A stretch of DNA of 63,654 nucleotides, the filler included, from Reticulomyxa filosa (lineage: Eukaryota > Protista > Foraminifera), in NCBI GenBank assembly GCA_000512085.1. It is 12 parts of 12 records of this genome, joined end to end, with 100 filler letters (N's around TTAATTAATTAA, not from the genome) between each part and the next. Parts side by side here need not be neighbours in the genome. Positions count along the whole stretch, not along the records: positions 1 to 12,998 come from ASPP01010136.1; 11 more parts are not named here. One strand, written 5' to 3'. Below are positions 1-12,200 of the stretch, piece by piece. How positions within the stretch are numbered: position 1 is the stretch's first letter; each line of letters starts with the position of its first letter. A program made the position numbers and the translations under genes. The notes below the pieces were generated by a model. The model saw nothing but the letters and a program-made list of their open reading frames with translations, did no database searches and was not told the origin of the DNA.

Positions 1-1342
1 AAGCGCTTCGATTGCCACATAATGAACTTGTGGACAGAGTGGTTCTTGCTGGAACGCTATATGCCCCATTGGCTGTTCTGGACTTGCGTCAAGTTCTACT
101 GCAACTTGGATTTCAATATTTACTCAAAGGGCGTCACCGACGCAATGAAGACGGCCATGACCGCTTTCTTACGCGACAATTGCGCTCCTGACGCTGCCAA
201 CATTCAGCCCCTTGATCTTGATTTCAATGATCCCAATGCCATTTCCGTTAATAGGTTTTGCACCAAAGATCTCACTCTGCCTTATCGGGCTACACGCACT
301 TTCCACGACGATATCGTTACCAACTTATGGCTCGCCTTTTTAGCTAGCAATCCACGCACTTTTTCTTTGGATCAAAATCTTAGGCATTACTGCGTTTTGT
401 CTGCTGAATTGTTTGTTCTCGAATTTTGTGGTATGTTTTAAAAAAAAAAAAAAAAAAAAAAAAATTTAATTATATCATGTTATATTATATTATGTTACAA
501 ACAAAAAAGTAATTGTGTTCCGAACAAGTTCCGGGAACGACCCATTTGAAAATACCTTCCTTTTTTCAAACTCAAATTACAGGAAAACATGAAACCATTT
601 GGCGGTTTTGGAAAAAGCATTGCAAACCGAAATCTAAAAAAGAAGATGGTGGCGACACGGAGGAGAAAAAAGGTTACATTATTACAAGTGTCCATTTTTA
701 TTTTTATTTTTTTTTAATGCGACATATGGATGCCTGGATATAACAACAACACTACAATTAGACGGCTCCAGTATCAAGACAACATTAGAAGGTGCGGATG
801 AAAAGGAGGATGCGGACATGGAGTTTTTGAGACAAAGAACACTGTTGATTGCGTCGTTTTCGGATCGAATAAACAAAGAGCTGCTGAATCGTAAACGGAC
901 ATTACGCACATTGAAACAGCAGAAAAAAGAATTTGTGGGAACCTTCTTGCCTCCAACCAAAGAGGTAGTGAACGAAAAGGCAGCCGAGCCTTTGGAAGTC
1001 AAAACCTCTGCTCAGGACACGGTGACAGACCAAAGTGAACAACAGTTGCCAAATCAAAATGAAGTAGCACCAACGAAAGAAAGCGGGAACAATGACTGGG
1101 AGTCGTTGAGATTTGAAGATATCGTCGTTCCATTGACAGTGAAAGAAAATGTCAATGTTAGCAATGAAAACATTGACGACATGAATTTGGAATGGGATTT
1201 TACTCAACCTTCCAACAACAAAGTACACGAAAAAAAAACCGCAGATAACCACAACTTCGAACTTCGCAATAGCGAAAATCTCAAAAAGTTAGATTTGAAC
1301 AACGTCGAATTGGAACTTGATCTCAGTAATTTCACCTTTTGA
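1..1342 (+). CDS. Hypothetical multi-exon protein, 3' part (5' end truncated by window edge)
   Basis: Consecutive plus-strand ORFs 22-441, 513-743 and 818-1342 are separated by AT-rich GT..AG-type segments (donor GTATGT at ~431). No family recognised. Confidence 0.5.
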
Positions 1343-1739
1343 AACTACTTGCTGTCTTCGAATTCCTTTCCTCTTTCTTCCCTTGCAAGTAAAAATAAAG
1401 GTGCAACAACAAAAAAGTTACTGCTTTTATACTAGGAAAAATAAAAATAAAGTGTAAAACTCATTACAATATGTTAGGGACCAAGTATCTTTTTTTTTTT
1501 AAGTTACAAAAATTCTTTAAGATTACAAATTTAAGTAACCATGACCAACAATTAAACATTGCAGTCATAGTTACGGTATTGGCTCTTCACAGGAATTACT
1601 TTTTTTCTCGAGACTGTTTGTAAAAAGTTTCTTGGGTATGTCTGCCTTATATATGTTTACTACGTCAATTCTAAGTCATAATGAAAATACAGATATTGAT
1701 CTTTCCTTGCCAAACATCTATTTTTCTTCATAGCCAAAA

Positions 1740-4154
1740 ATGGACATAATTTATGAATATACTCGAAAAAGAAAAGAGTTTGGCAAACATTCCAATCTGT
1801 CTGATGTTGCCACGATGGAAATTTGCAATATTGCACCGACAGAGACTTTCAAAGAGCAATGGAAAATCAAACCATCAACTACACTCAATATTGATTGCAT
1901 TCCTGCTGTTTCCGAACATGAGGTTGTGAAAGAGTCTTTTTAAGGGCGAAAACAGCTAAACAAATACGGAACAATAAGGACATAACGATATAATTCTAGG
2001 TAAATACAGAGCAATTTATTCAAGTGGATCGAGGAATGCAACATTTAGAAGGAGGATGGCCAAAAGAAGTAAATGTGGAAGACTTCAGCGACAAACAAAG
2101 GAATATCCGCAAAATTGAAATGGACGAATCTTTTCAAGAAGTACTATCTGAGCTGACAAAAAGAGCTCAAGAGTGTGTCATGCAAAACAATGCAATCAAT
2201 ATGTTTGAAGAATATTTTGCCGAAAGTAAACATGGCCACTCCAGCGAACCTCCCAAGGCAAAAACTCTGACGATATTGAGGTACGAATACGTCAATATTG
2301 TTTGACTCTATTTTTTTGTTTTGATCGTTGCTGCTGAAATATCTTACGCTTATAATGGCGATGATATGACAATATTGAAAATGAAATGACAGAGATCCCA
2401 ATCAAACCTCAAGAAGTGTTGCCAAAATGGCGTGGCATCCTGACAGTTCCAATAAAATAGCTGTTGCTCATGCATCCCTAAAGTTTCAAGGAATGAATGA
2501 ATCCACACCATTGGCATCGTACATATGGGATATCAACAATCCAAACAGACCTGAAACAGTCTTATTGCCTCAATCACACTTATGCTGTGTAGCATTCAAC
2601 AAAAAATCACCGGAGCAATTAGTTGGGGGATGCTATAATGGACTGATAGGTGTGTACATATATGCACCATTTTCAAGCATAAAAATAAGCCTTCAAAACC
2701 AACAGGGTTTTGGGATTTGAGACGAGGATCCCATCCTGTAGAAAAAACAGTTATCGAACATTCTCACAATGATCCCGTGTATGATGTATTTTGGATTCAA
2801 TCCAGAACAGGATCAGAGGTTATTTTTTTTTTTTTAAGTTTTTTTTGATCAATCACTTTTTCTTTGCTCTCTTTTTAAAAAAATGTGGGTTTTTGGGCCT
2901 TGCCAGTTTGCATCTGTGTCCACTGATGGTTACATGCATTGGTGGGACGTCCGCAAATTAGGTAGCGGACCTATGGACTCGATGCTACTAAAAGATGAAA
3001 CCGGGAAAATATATGGAGGCACTGCTTTGGAGTATCGCACAGACGCTGGGGTAAATAATCACTTTTTTACACTTTTTTTTGCCTCTATTTATTTTATCAT
3101 ATATGTGTATATATTCACTTATTCATAATGTAACTTGTTTTGCTACGTATAACTTGTAATTCAGGCAACACGATTTTTAGTAGGAACAGAACAAGGAACA
3201 ATCATAACTGTAGAACGCAAAGCAAAAAAGGATGGCGATTCACAAAAACAAATAAAAATGATTTATGGGTTGGAAGAAGGCAGTAAACATCATGCACCTA
3301 TTTACGCAATTGAACGGTCTTTTTTTCTTTCGGTGCAAGAGTTAGTACAAAGCGTCTCAAGTGTATATTTTAACTTTTTTGTTGTGTTGTTGGCATTGTT
3401 TACCCATAGAAATTATTTCGTCCCGAAAGGAATTCTAACTATCGGAGATTGGGCTTCTCGATTATGGATGGAAGACGTTCGATCACCGGTGATGACAAGT
3501 CGCTATGAGAACGATTTCCTTACTTGTGGATGTTGGAGTCCTACTCGTGCAGGAGTATTTTTCATTACAAAACAAGATGGACAATTGGATGTTTGGGATT
3601 ATTGCTACAAACAGTCTGATCCAGTTTATCAATTAAAGGTTTGATGTTTAGAATTTCAACTTTTCTTTCAAACTTTACGCTCGTCAAACAAAAAAATTCT
3701 AGATATCGGAACATCCATTAACATCAATCAGTGTTCAAGGACAAGGGAAATTAGTCGCGCTGGGCGGAAATGATGGCACAGTAACAATTTTGGAGCTGTC
3801 CAATTCGTTGTGTGAGCCGTCGGCACAAGAGAAGGCAATTGTGAATCAAATATTTGAGCGCGAAATGAGCAGAGAAAAGAATTTACAGGCCCGTCTGTTA
3901 GCACAAAAGAGACAAAAGACTATGGCAAAAAAGCCATCAGATACACACAAAGTTTGGATTTTTCTTTAAAGCTAGATTTTATAAATTTGCTGTTACTGAT
4001 AATCACACAACAAAAACAGGAAGAAAAAAAAGAAAATGAAAACACTCAAATTGATTTCGCAGCAGTTGAGGCGGAATTTTTGGACGTTGTAGAAAAAAAT
4101 AAACCGAAATTTTCTAACACTAATTTTCAAAATACAAACATAAATCAAAACTAA
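1740..4154 (+). CDS. DNAI2: Axonemal outer-arm dynein intermediate chain 2 (IC69/ODA6-type, WD40), multi-exon
   Basis: N-terminus MDIIYEYTRKRKEFGK, then HLEGGWPKEV, MQNNAINMFEEYF, AWHPD, GGCYNG, STDG..WWDVRKL and WSPTRAGVFF..DGQLDVWD are motifs diagnostic of DNAI2. Short GT-AG introns link the ORF pieces. Confidence 0.9.
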
Positions 4155-4550
4155 ATTATTTATACTTTGCTGGGTTCGATAACAAAGTACATAACAGAAT
4201 ATCTTTTTTTTAAGTTCCTTTCGTATTACACATAGTCGTTTCACTATTGCTACACTGAACAAAGTGCTTGCTGTCTTAATATTAAACAGCAAAACTTCTT
4301 GTGGACAATATAAAAATTTAATTATTTTATATGTTTAATGATGCAACTATTGATTATCGTGACAAATATTTTTGAAAAATCTTCATTTTATCATAACTAA
4401 ATTTCACCAATTGATAAAGATTTTCTCACTAACATTTTCTCCACTTCACAAATAATATTATCTATCACATTAGTCATAAAGATAATAAATTGAGACTAAT
4501 TTGAAAAATGGTCAAAAAAAATGAAATGTTATATCACAATTTTTAAACTT

Positions 4551-4588
4551 TAAAATTTTCTATGGATTTTTCTGCAAAAAAAATATTT
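4551..4588 (+). repeat. Left copy of an imperfect ~37-bp direct repeat (candidate target-site duplication)
   Basis: taaaattttctatggatttttctgcaaaaaaaatattt. The core GATTTTTCTGCAA (4565-4577) is identical to 7429-7441. Confidence 0.55.
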
Positions 4589-4889
4589 ACAGGTTTTCAG
4601 GAAAACGTAATGCAATTATTAAATTAAAGAACGAAAATGTAAACAATCACTATATCAGTCAAACGACGGATTTAACAAAAGCAAACTAACAAGCTAGACT
4701 TAAAAATGAAAGAAAAGAAAAGAAAAACAAATATAAAAATAAAGAAATAAGAATTAAAACACAACAAAACGAAAAATTGGAAATTTTGTTGTATTTTGCT
4801 TAAGTATTGAAATAAATGATTAATAATGTAAAAGTGGTTAAAAGTTGGAATTTTGAATTTCGAACAATTATTTTAAACATCTTCATGTT

Positions 4890-6190
4890 TACCGACAATG
4901 CGTTCAAATATCCAAAGATTTCCTTTTTGGATTGCAACAATAATCTTTTGGCATAAGATTCTTTTGGCGTCTGGTACTGTTCTATTTTCTTTATCTGACA
5001 GTACATTCGCGACTTTGTCAAAGAAGTCCTTGGCCTTCTTATGACAACATCATATCGTTTACGCCACAAGCGGGACGTAGGACATATTTTGATTGATGCA
5101 CTTTTTTTGAGACTTACTGTTCTTGTGAGCATAATACCGCTCGGCCGCCTGGAGGCGTTAATTCGATTGATTGACTATGTAGTTGTGTAATTCAAACGTC
5201 GAACAAGGTATTGTCATTAGGATCATCGAACCACTTCATCATAATGCCCACATGACGATATTTACTGATGTAGACAATTCATTATTCAAATCGATGCGAG
5301 AGTCAATCACATTTGATGAGGTTGGAGATACATGCTACTACGCGATCGTAGAGGGAGATTATTCCATTCACATGAACACAAGTCAGTGAGTGGTCCCCGT
5401 GGGTATCAATTTCTTTGTCGCAACTCCCACCCCCCGTAGCAGATGCAGTCAACGGAGACGTCTTGTGATAGCCGAAGACGAAGGACAGTCTAATATTCAC
5501 GATTATCGAGCGTTGTTTGTTAGAATTTGTTAGGTGGCGCGTGCAAATAGGCAGAAGATTGGTTGACGGACAATGAGGCGAGCATTGCTTTGACACGAGG
5601 GCTAGCACTGCATGTGAAAGAATGGAAGGCGTGCGAGGTGACGTGCCGCGACAAGTAGGTATTTTTCTGGATTGAGCTTATTATCCTGATCGACTTGCTT
5701 CATGTATTTGTGAATTGAATTGTGAGATGGCTTCGTTAAGTTCTTCACTTTAGTCAATTCGTTTATTTGCGTATTTGCGTGAATAGATGGCAAGATGCGA
5801 GCGGCAGCCACAACAGGATATAAAGGATGAGCTGGAGTATTTTTGGATCGTGCGAAATCAAAAACCACCTTGTTTGATGGGAAGCTGTCATTGTTGACAA
5901 TGGATCATGGATAGTACGGCCAAGAGTGTACTCCATGTATTTGCGAATACTGACATAAAATCTATTAAATATTGCCGTCATGTGTCCGCAAAATTTGCTC
6001 GTATGAAGAAATTAATATTGGATAACTAAATGGAGTTGCGAAGAAGTAGAAAGGCTGACTGGTGATGCTGAAGTTGGTATATTTTTTCAAATTGCTGCTG
6101 CCAAAGTTCTGCTTTTTGGTTCATTATGCTTTCTCTATGTGTTTCATCTACCACGGGGGTGCTAACAATTTATGTGTTGAAAGTGGTGTT
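4890..6190 (-). mobile_element. Decayed CRE-like (RLE-clade) non-LTR retrotransposon: RT C-terminus/thumb, CCHC knuckle and restriction-like endonuclease
   Basis: Minus-strand translation across stops and frameshifts gives, in order: QSAFLLLRNS (~6032-6061), QLPIKQGGF (~5862-5888), CDKEIDTHGDHSLTC..GIISLYDRVV (~5335-5422), RHVGI...LFDV (~5195-5257), AAERYYAHKNSK, YVPLVA*TI*..AKDFFDKVA (~5015-5080) and LCQKIIVAIQKGN (~4918-4956). This is the conserved C-terminal motif order of CRE/RLE retroelements. Confidence 0.85.
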
Positions 6191-6234
6191 GTGTGGAATA
6201 TATTCAAATGCAGTATGGTGATGAATATTAACTG

Positions 6235-7030
6235 AAGAGATCCACTAAATCTTGCAGAGGTTTATTTGCATACTATGATATTATTTGATTGTTGTGAGTG
6301 ACGTCAATGCTATGGACAATGTGAACTGAATTTGAAGACAAGATGCCTACTCGAAGAGGTTGGTTTTACCGCTGTCGCTGCGATGTGCGAAGCATTCCTA
6401 ATTCGACGTATTATTTCGTGTACCGAAACATTGTTGGAGATTGTAAGCTGCGAAAGGTATGCTGGATCTGTATTTGTCATTGTAATTTTATTTTCATATG
6501 AAGACGCTTCTATGTTTTTTTTCTTTGATAGGTCGAACTGCTGGATCCTGGATATGTTATTATCATATAGCTCAACAGTTGAAAGTGACAATGTGGTTGT
6601 AGCTGCATGCGTGTTATTGGACAAAAAATTTATAACGTATGCGAGTATTGCATTAGTTTGACTATCCGGTATTTTGGAGTATCCATAAATGGAAAAAGAT
6701 TTGCCAGGACCCGTTTGCCTAAAGGTAAGCATTCACATAGCGGCGTTATAATCATGTTACTAACTTGCATGTTGGATGACTATGGAAGAAATACTTGATC
6801 AGATGATTATGAGCTGCAACTGCCAAATGTGATACCAATCGACGTTGTTATCTGTTTGCAATCTGTTTTTACAAAATTTTGTTTGAAATGAAAATATTTG
6901 ATGGTTTTATGAGGCAAAATAGCTTGATGGGACATGTTGTTGAGGATATTGAGCTTCGATTTGCCGATCGGGAATATGCTCCTTAGTACAATTGAATTGA
7001 TAGTACAGTTTTTGGGTATGCGTACAAAGG
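6235..7030 (-). pseudogene. Degenerate kinesin motor-domain sequence with no evident introns
   Basis: DQVFLP*SSNMQV..IITPL (~6750-6800), P-loop-like QTGPGKSFSIYG (~6682-6717; cf. GQTGSGKS), LSTVELYDN (cf. SxLEIYNE), AATAVKPTSSSRHLVF (cf. switch I NxxSSRSH) and a frameshifted INLC-DL-GS (~6238-6265; cf. DLAGSE). Confidence 0.75.
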
Positions 7031-7415
7031 GTGAGACAAATCATTTCCGACATTGCACGATAATGCAGACGAAGACTGTAAAAATAAATAAACGATCACT
7101 GACATGTATTGAATTGGTTCTTCGGCATCAATAATATAACTATTTTCATGGTTTCGACAATGATAAAAAAAATTGTTATAAACAATTTCTTTGTTGCATC
7201 TGCAAAATGTTCTTAAAAAGTCTTATAAACTTCGCTCGCACGCAATAATGTCAAAGGTTGTTTGAACTTCTTGACGCATCACAAGACTGAACTTGTTGCA
7301 AGTTTTTCGAATGCAACATACTTGAAGTTGCTAAAAATAATATTCAAAAATGAATACTGCACTTAAACTACAACACAACTAAATGACCGTTAAACAAAAA
7401 TGTAAATGATTTTTT

Positions 7416-7451
7416 TAAATTTCATATTGATTTTTCTGCAACAAAATATTT
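7416..7451 (+). repeat. Right copy of the imperfect direct repeat (candidate TSD)
   Basis: taaatttcatattgatttttctgcaacaaaatattt matches 4551-4588. Confidence 0.55.
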
Positions 7452-8094
7452 GTCTGTTTTTTGTCAAACAGTTGACTTTTAAACCTAAGTTTTTATGCCT
7501 TACGAACATTATTTTTGCATGAAATAAAAATTAAATTTGAACTAACTCACTTGATAAAAATTTGTTCACCAGCACAATGTGCCGGTGAATATATTTTTTT
7601 CATTTTCTGTTTTTCCCAATGGACTTAGTTCAATTTAATTTTTTATATGTTATTTTAAAGTTATGCTTTTTTTTTTATTGAAAATGTTGAATCTTTTTTA
7701 ATTACTAGATTTATGAGTTTGGTAAATATTTTACATTATTTGACAAAAATGTGATTATGTATTGTGTTGTTATAAGGCGCAGTATTTTTTTTAGCTTATC
7801 ACTGCGTCGTGCAATTTTTTATTATTGAAAAGATTGTTTAAATATTTTTTTTTTGCTTGTTTTTTAAAAGTGAATAAACATCAAAGTGTCATCAATTAAA
7901 GAGGGTGATAAGCGTTTAGTTGAAAGAGTTGGCAGTCTGATAAAATCTTAAGTGCAATAAATCAAAAGGTGTTGAAGAATGACTATCTTCGAGATTTTAA
8001 CTCAAATTGCATTGGTAAGCTTCATTTCAATTTTTTCTAAACCTTGTTAATTGTTTTTATTATGTTTATTGTGTGATCTATGATCGGATCAGTC

Positions 8095-8460
8095 AGAAGA
8101 AGAGATTTAAATCATTGTTGAAAATTGGATTAGAATTTTAAAAATTAAGTTAGGATGGACCTAAAATTTTGGCAGACCTATTCGATTCAATGTTTAATTG
8201 TCATCAATATATCTGTTTTAGGTCAGATAGTAACACAGTTCGTATGTGATTTAGATACTAACAAACTCATACAATCATTCAATAAACATGCAACAGCTGT
8301 AAATTGTGTAAAACTTTCATCATATCTTTATCAAAATCATCGTCGTAATTTCATTTGCTTTTCATCTGCTGACAAAATCATGCGTTTTTGGGATATTGAA
8401 CATAATACTGTTCGTGGTATTGAGTTTTCATCATTTAATGGTGATAAATATTTGTGTTCT
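8095..8460 (+). pseudogene. WD40-repeat family pseudogene fragment
   Basis: EEEI*IIVENWIRILKIKLGW followed by degraded WD40 repeats (FNKHATAVNCVK, SSADKIMRFWDIE, FSSFNGDKYLCS) resembling the intact gene at 22570-23808. Contains stops and deletions. Confidence 0.75.
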
Positions 8461-8464
8461 TTAC

Positions 8465-8791
8465 TTTCTTTTACTTTTGTCTTTATGCGCTATTTCTATC
8501 TTAGATGTGTGGGCGTACTTGTTCTCAAGTTTAGCGTCTGTAGGGCAAGCCCTTGTCACACATGGCTGAACGCCTATGGAACTGAGGAGCTCCCTTTGGG
8601 TTAAACCTCCTCAACAAACTACCTCTTACTTGTTTTCTCTTACTTCTTTTGTCTTCTGATTTATTCTTTAATTTACTTTGTTTACTGAAAGTCGCTCTCA
8701 TTGAGAGTAACACTCTTTCGTATTACATTTAGTGAAGCTCTTCACTGTAGACTCCCCACACGTCTTTGACACATTGCGTCTATAAAAAAAA
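8465..8791. repeat. Possible inserted repeat or mobile-element fragment interrupting the WD40 pseudogene
   Basis: WD40 homology ends abruptly at ~8460. A compositionally distinct segment follows and ends in CTATAAAAAAAA. Confidence 0.3.
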
Positions 8792-9295
8792 TTAACATTT
8801 TTTCAAAATTTTTTTAAAAATAAGTATGATTCGTAAACTTTCCAAATATTTTTTCAAAAAGATTGTGTTTGCTTTCCAACGAAAAGCGAACATATATGAA
8901 GAAAATTCAAAGATAAATATACACCAAACGAACACTAGATATTTGGACTTACAAGTAATGTTATTTTGGAAATTGTATCTATGGTTCATTGAGAGATTTT
9001 TGCTTCTCCACACACATCATGCAAGCTAGCTTTAGTTAATAGCACCCTTCATTTTGGACATCATTGTTATTTCAAGATGACATCAGCGACGGTTTGTCAC
9101 TTATCGATGAAGATACAGACATGAAAGATCAAAATTGAAAAGATAAAAAAAAACTGCATTTAATACCAGTTTAAAACTATTTGTAATTTTTTACTGCATA
9201 ACGCAAGAGAGGGCAGAACATTTTTTTAGAAGACATACAAAACCGACATCTTTTAAACATTTCTCCCTTTCTCACAGTACAATAAACAAGGATGT

Positions 9296-12200
9296 TCACG
9301 AAAAAACCTTGGAAGAGTTGTTTTCAGATTCACTTGTCTCATAAAACATCATAGCACATTCTTTATACGCTGCTCCAGCATGAATCAATAGCAATTTGTC
9401 CGGTAATTTCTTGACACAGTCTTTGCACTCTTTATCTTTCAGTGCGTCTTCCAAATAGACCTTTAGTGGAGTTTCAATATCATTTTCGTACGGTAACCGA
9501 CTCAACTTGGTTTCCAAGAGCCGTCTCCATTGAATCAATAATTCCCAGAGAACTCGTTTTTTCGGATATGTTGTAATAAATTGACGTAATTCCTCTTGTG
9601 ATGTCTGCGGCAATTTTTCGCTTTAAAAGGAAGATAAATCAGAAAAAAGATTTGATACGGAACATGATTTTTTTTTTTTTTTGAGAACAGAATTGTAACT
9701 TATAGAATTTGTTCGGACTTGTTGGAACCGTGTACCATAAGTTAGAATCGGTTTTTATACACATTGCTTCTAAATGGAACCATACATCCGAAGCATGTGT
9801 AACCAATAACTTGGAAATTTTTTTGAAAGGTTCATATTCACTTTGAGACAATCTCAAGGTTTTTTCCATGAATTCGCCCATTTGAAGTTGTGACGATGCA
9901 ATTTTGTGTCTTGACAATGCAACGATGAGTTGTTCGACGGATTGTTTTGCATATTGGTAAAGAGGCAAAACTTTTTTGTGATTTGATTCTTCTGCAATGT
10001 TGTGGTGCGATTGCTGTTCAATGTTTTCATTTAATTGCTTCAACAGTATTTCATCGACAGATTGAAAGAAGCCTTGAGATGTTTTGTGTTTTCGAGAAAT
10101 TTGTGCAATGACTGGACGCATGTCGTGTTGATCCCGGAATTCAAATTTGAGGTCACGCAAGGAAAACTTAATAAAGCTTTTCCCTGCAATTAATCTTCCT
10201 TCGAGTCGATTTTCTAACATTGCCAAATTACAGGTGAATTGATATTTCTTGCCATATACCAATTGCTGAGGCACACATTCTTGAATCATCCTTTTTTTCC
10301 CGTGTAGAAAACATAAGTTTAAATGAAACAACAACAAAAATCGGTAATAAAAAAAAATATCAAACTGAAGCAATTCGTTCTCATCAAGAGATACAACATC
10401 TTCGTTTTTCAGAACTTGGGTCAGCATGATTGTATGTTTCTCTTTGTAATCTTTTGCCGCAGACCTTGTATATTTCAATCCCACCACCCCCCGTTTGGAT
10501 GATATGCCCAATAAACAAAAAAAAAAGTTGTTGGATAAATGAAATATCTTGCGAAACGAGATAATAGAAACGTAGTGTGGATTAACTGAAGACAATTTTT
10601 TAGACAAGTGTTATGAACATCAACAAAATGTCGCAACAACAGCCGAATCATTTGAATTTTGTCAAGTTCGTCGTTTTTGCATTCCAAAGCCGGCCAGAGT
10701 GGAATGTCGGCGGGAAGAATATTTTCATTCTTTCCAAGCAATGGCAGTGCAAGATCTTCACATTGATTCAAGGCATTTTTGGCGACAAAAGAATTTTTCA
10801 GTTTTTCCATTTGCGCTTCATCGCTGTCGGCTTTCACATCATCAAAAGAGTTTATCTCAGATTTTTTTTCTTCCAATTCATATTTTTGTTCCTTGTTGTC
10901 GGATTCAATACTCTGGTTTTCATTTTTCACAGAAGCACTTTGCTGGGGACAAATGCGACTGGCAACAAAGTTCCATGCTTTTACAAATCCTTTCCACGCT
11001 TTTTCCCACGTATTTTTATCTCCCCATCCATTTGTTTCACGCAAATTTAACGCATAATGAACCGTATATGTGTCCATGTTTTTTTGCATATCTTCTAACG
11101 TCCATTTTTCATTGAAGTGTGAATGAAGCAACGTCATCCAATATATAATCGAAGGAAGATATTGCAAAGCAAACAGAGAATGGCCATAGGTACCGTCATT
11201 GAGTGTGTCCAAGAGCCCACAAATAATAGGATACTTTTGTCTATTTTTGGGATCCGATCGAACAAACATTTGGAACTCGGGCAAGGTCGTCATTCGAAAT
11301 GGTAAATACATGTTGCAATAGTACTGGGCAATAAAATCGACATATTCCGGGGTATTTTCGGTTACATTGACTTCCACATATTTAGACCAAAATTTAAACG
11401 AAGGATTAGCAATTGTAATCTCACGAATGTCAGACAAAGAATTTTCGCAATCTTTTATTACTGGGTCGATGCACTCTGTTACCAAATAGTCTTCAAAGTT
11501 TAGACGTCCTTGGATTGACAAGTCTTTAAATCCCTTTGGAAATTTTCGTTCAAATGTCAAATAAAAATTGTGCACGATTTTGTGCATCAACAAGATAGCA
11601 TTTTCAACGGAGTTTGTGCAAATCTTACTGCATTTAGTTAGATACTGCTGAACGGCCTTGAACAATTTTGCTACAATTGTCAATCTTTTCGTTCCTTCCA
11701 ATTTCGTAAATCTTTTTTTATTTAGAAAAAGAATCATTAAAATAAAATGTGTATTGTCATATTTGTGAATACAAAAATAATAATAATAATAAAAAATAAA
11801 TATATATATATGTATATATTTTTGCAAAAGCAAACTCAGCAAGTTCATTGGACTGCGTTGCACAGCTATGGATTAGCAAAAGCAAATGCACGAGCAATCG
11901 GACAATACACAAGGATACATTATCTAGTTTTCTGTATTTTTCACCATCATTATCCTTCAGTTTCACATATCCTTTCGGAGTCAATCGATCGGTTGGCATT
12001 TGGACAAGGTCGCTTTCCACTCGTTCATTGAGTCCCATAATTCCAATTTTTAAAATGTGAGATTCCTTTTCTTCTGTTTTTTCGTTTTCGTTTTCGTTTT
12101 CGTCTTTATTTTCATTTTCGTCTTTATTTTCATTTTCGTCGGCACATGTTGGACATTCCGGAATGTCTTTCATGTCTTTGTCACGTTGCACAAACCAAAT

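Noticed and set aside
4890-7030. Alternative genetic code or stop readthrough to explain stops in the kinesin/retro unit
   Set aside because: All three stop types and frameshifts occur there, while neighbouring genes use the standard code. Neutral decay is the simpler explanation.
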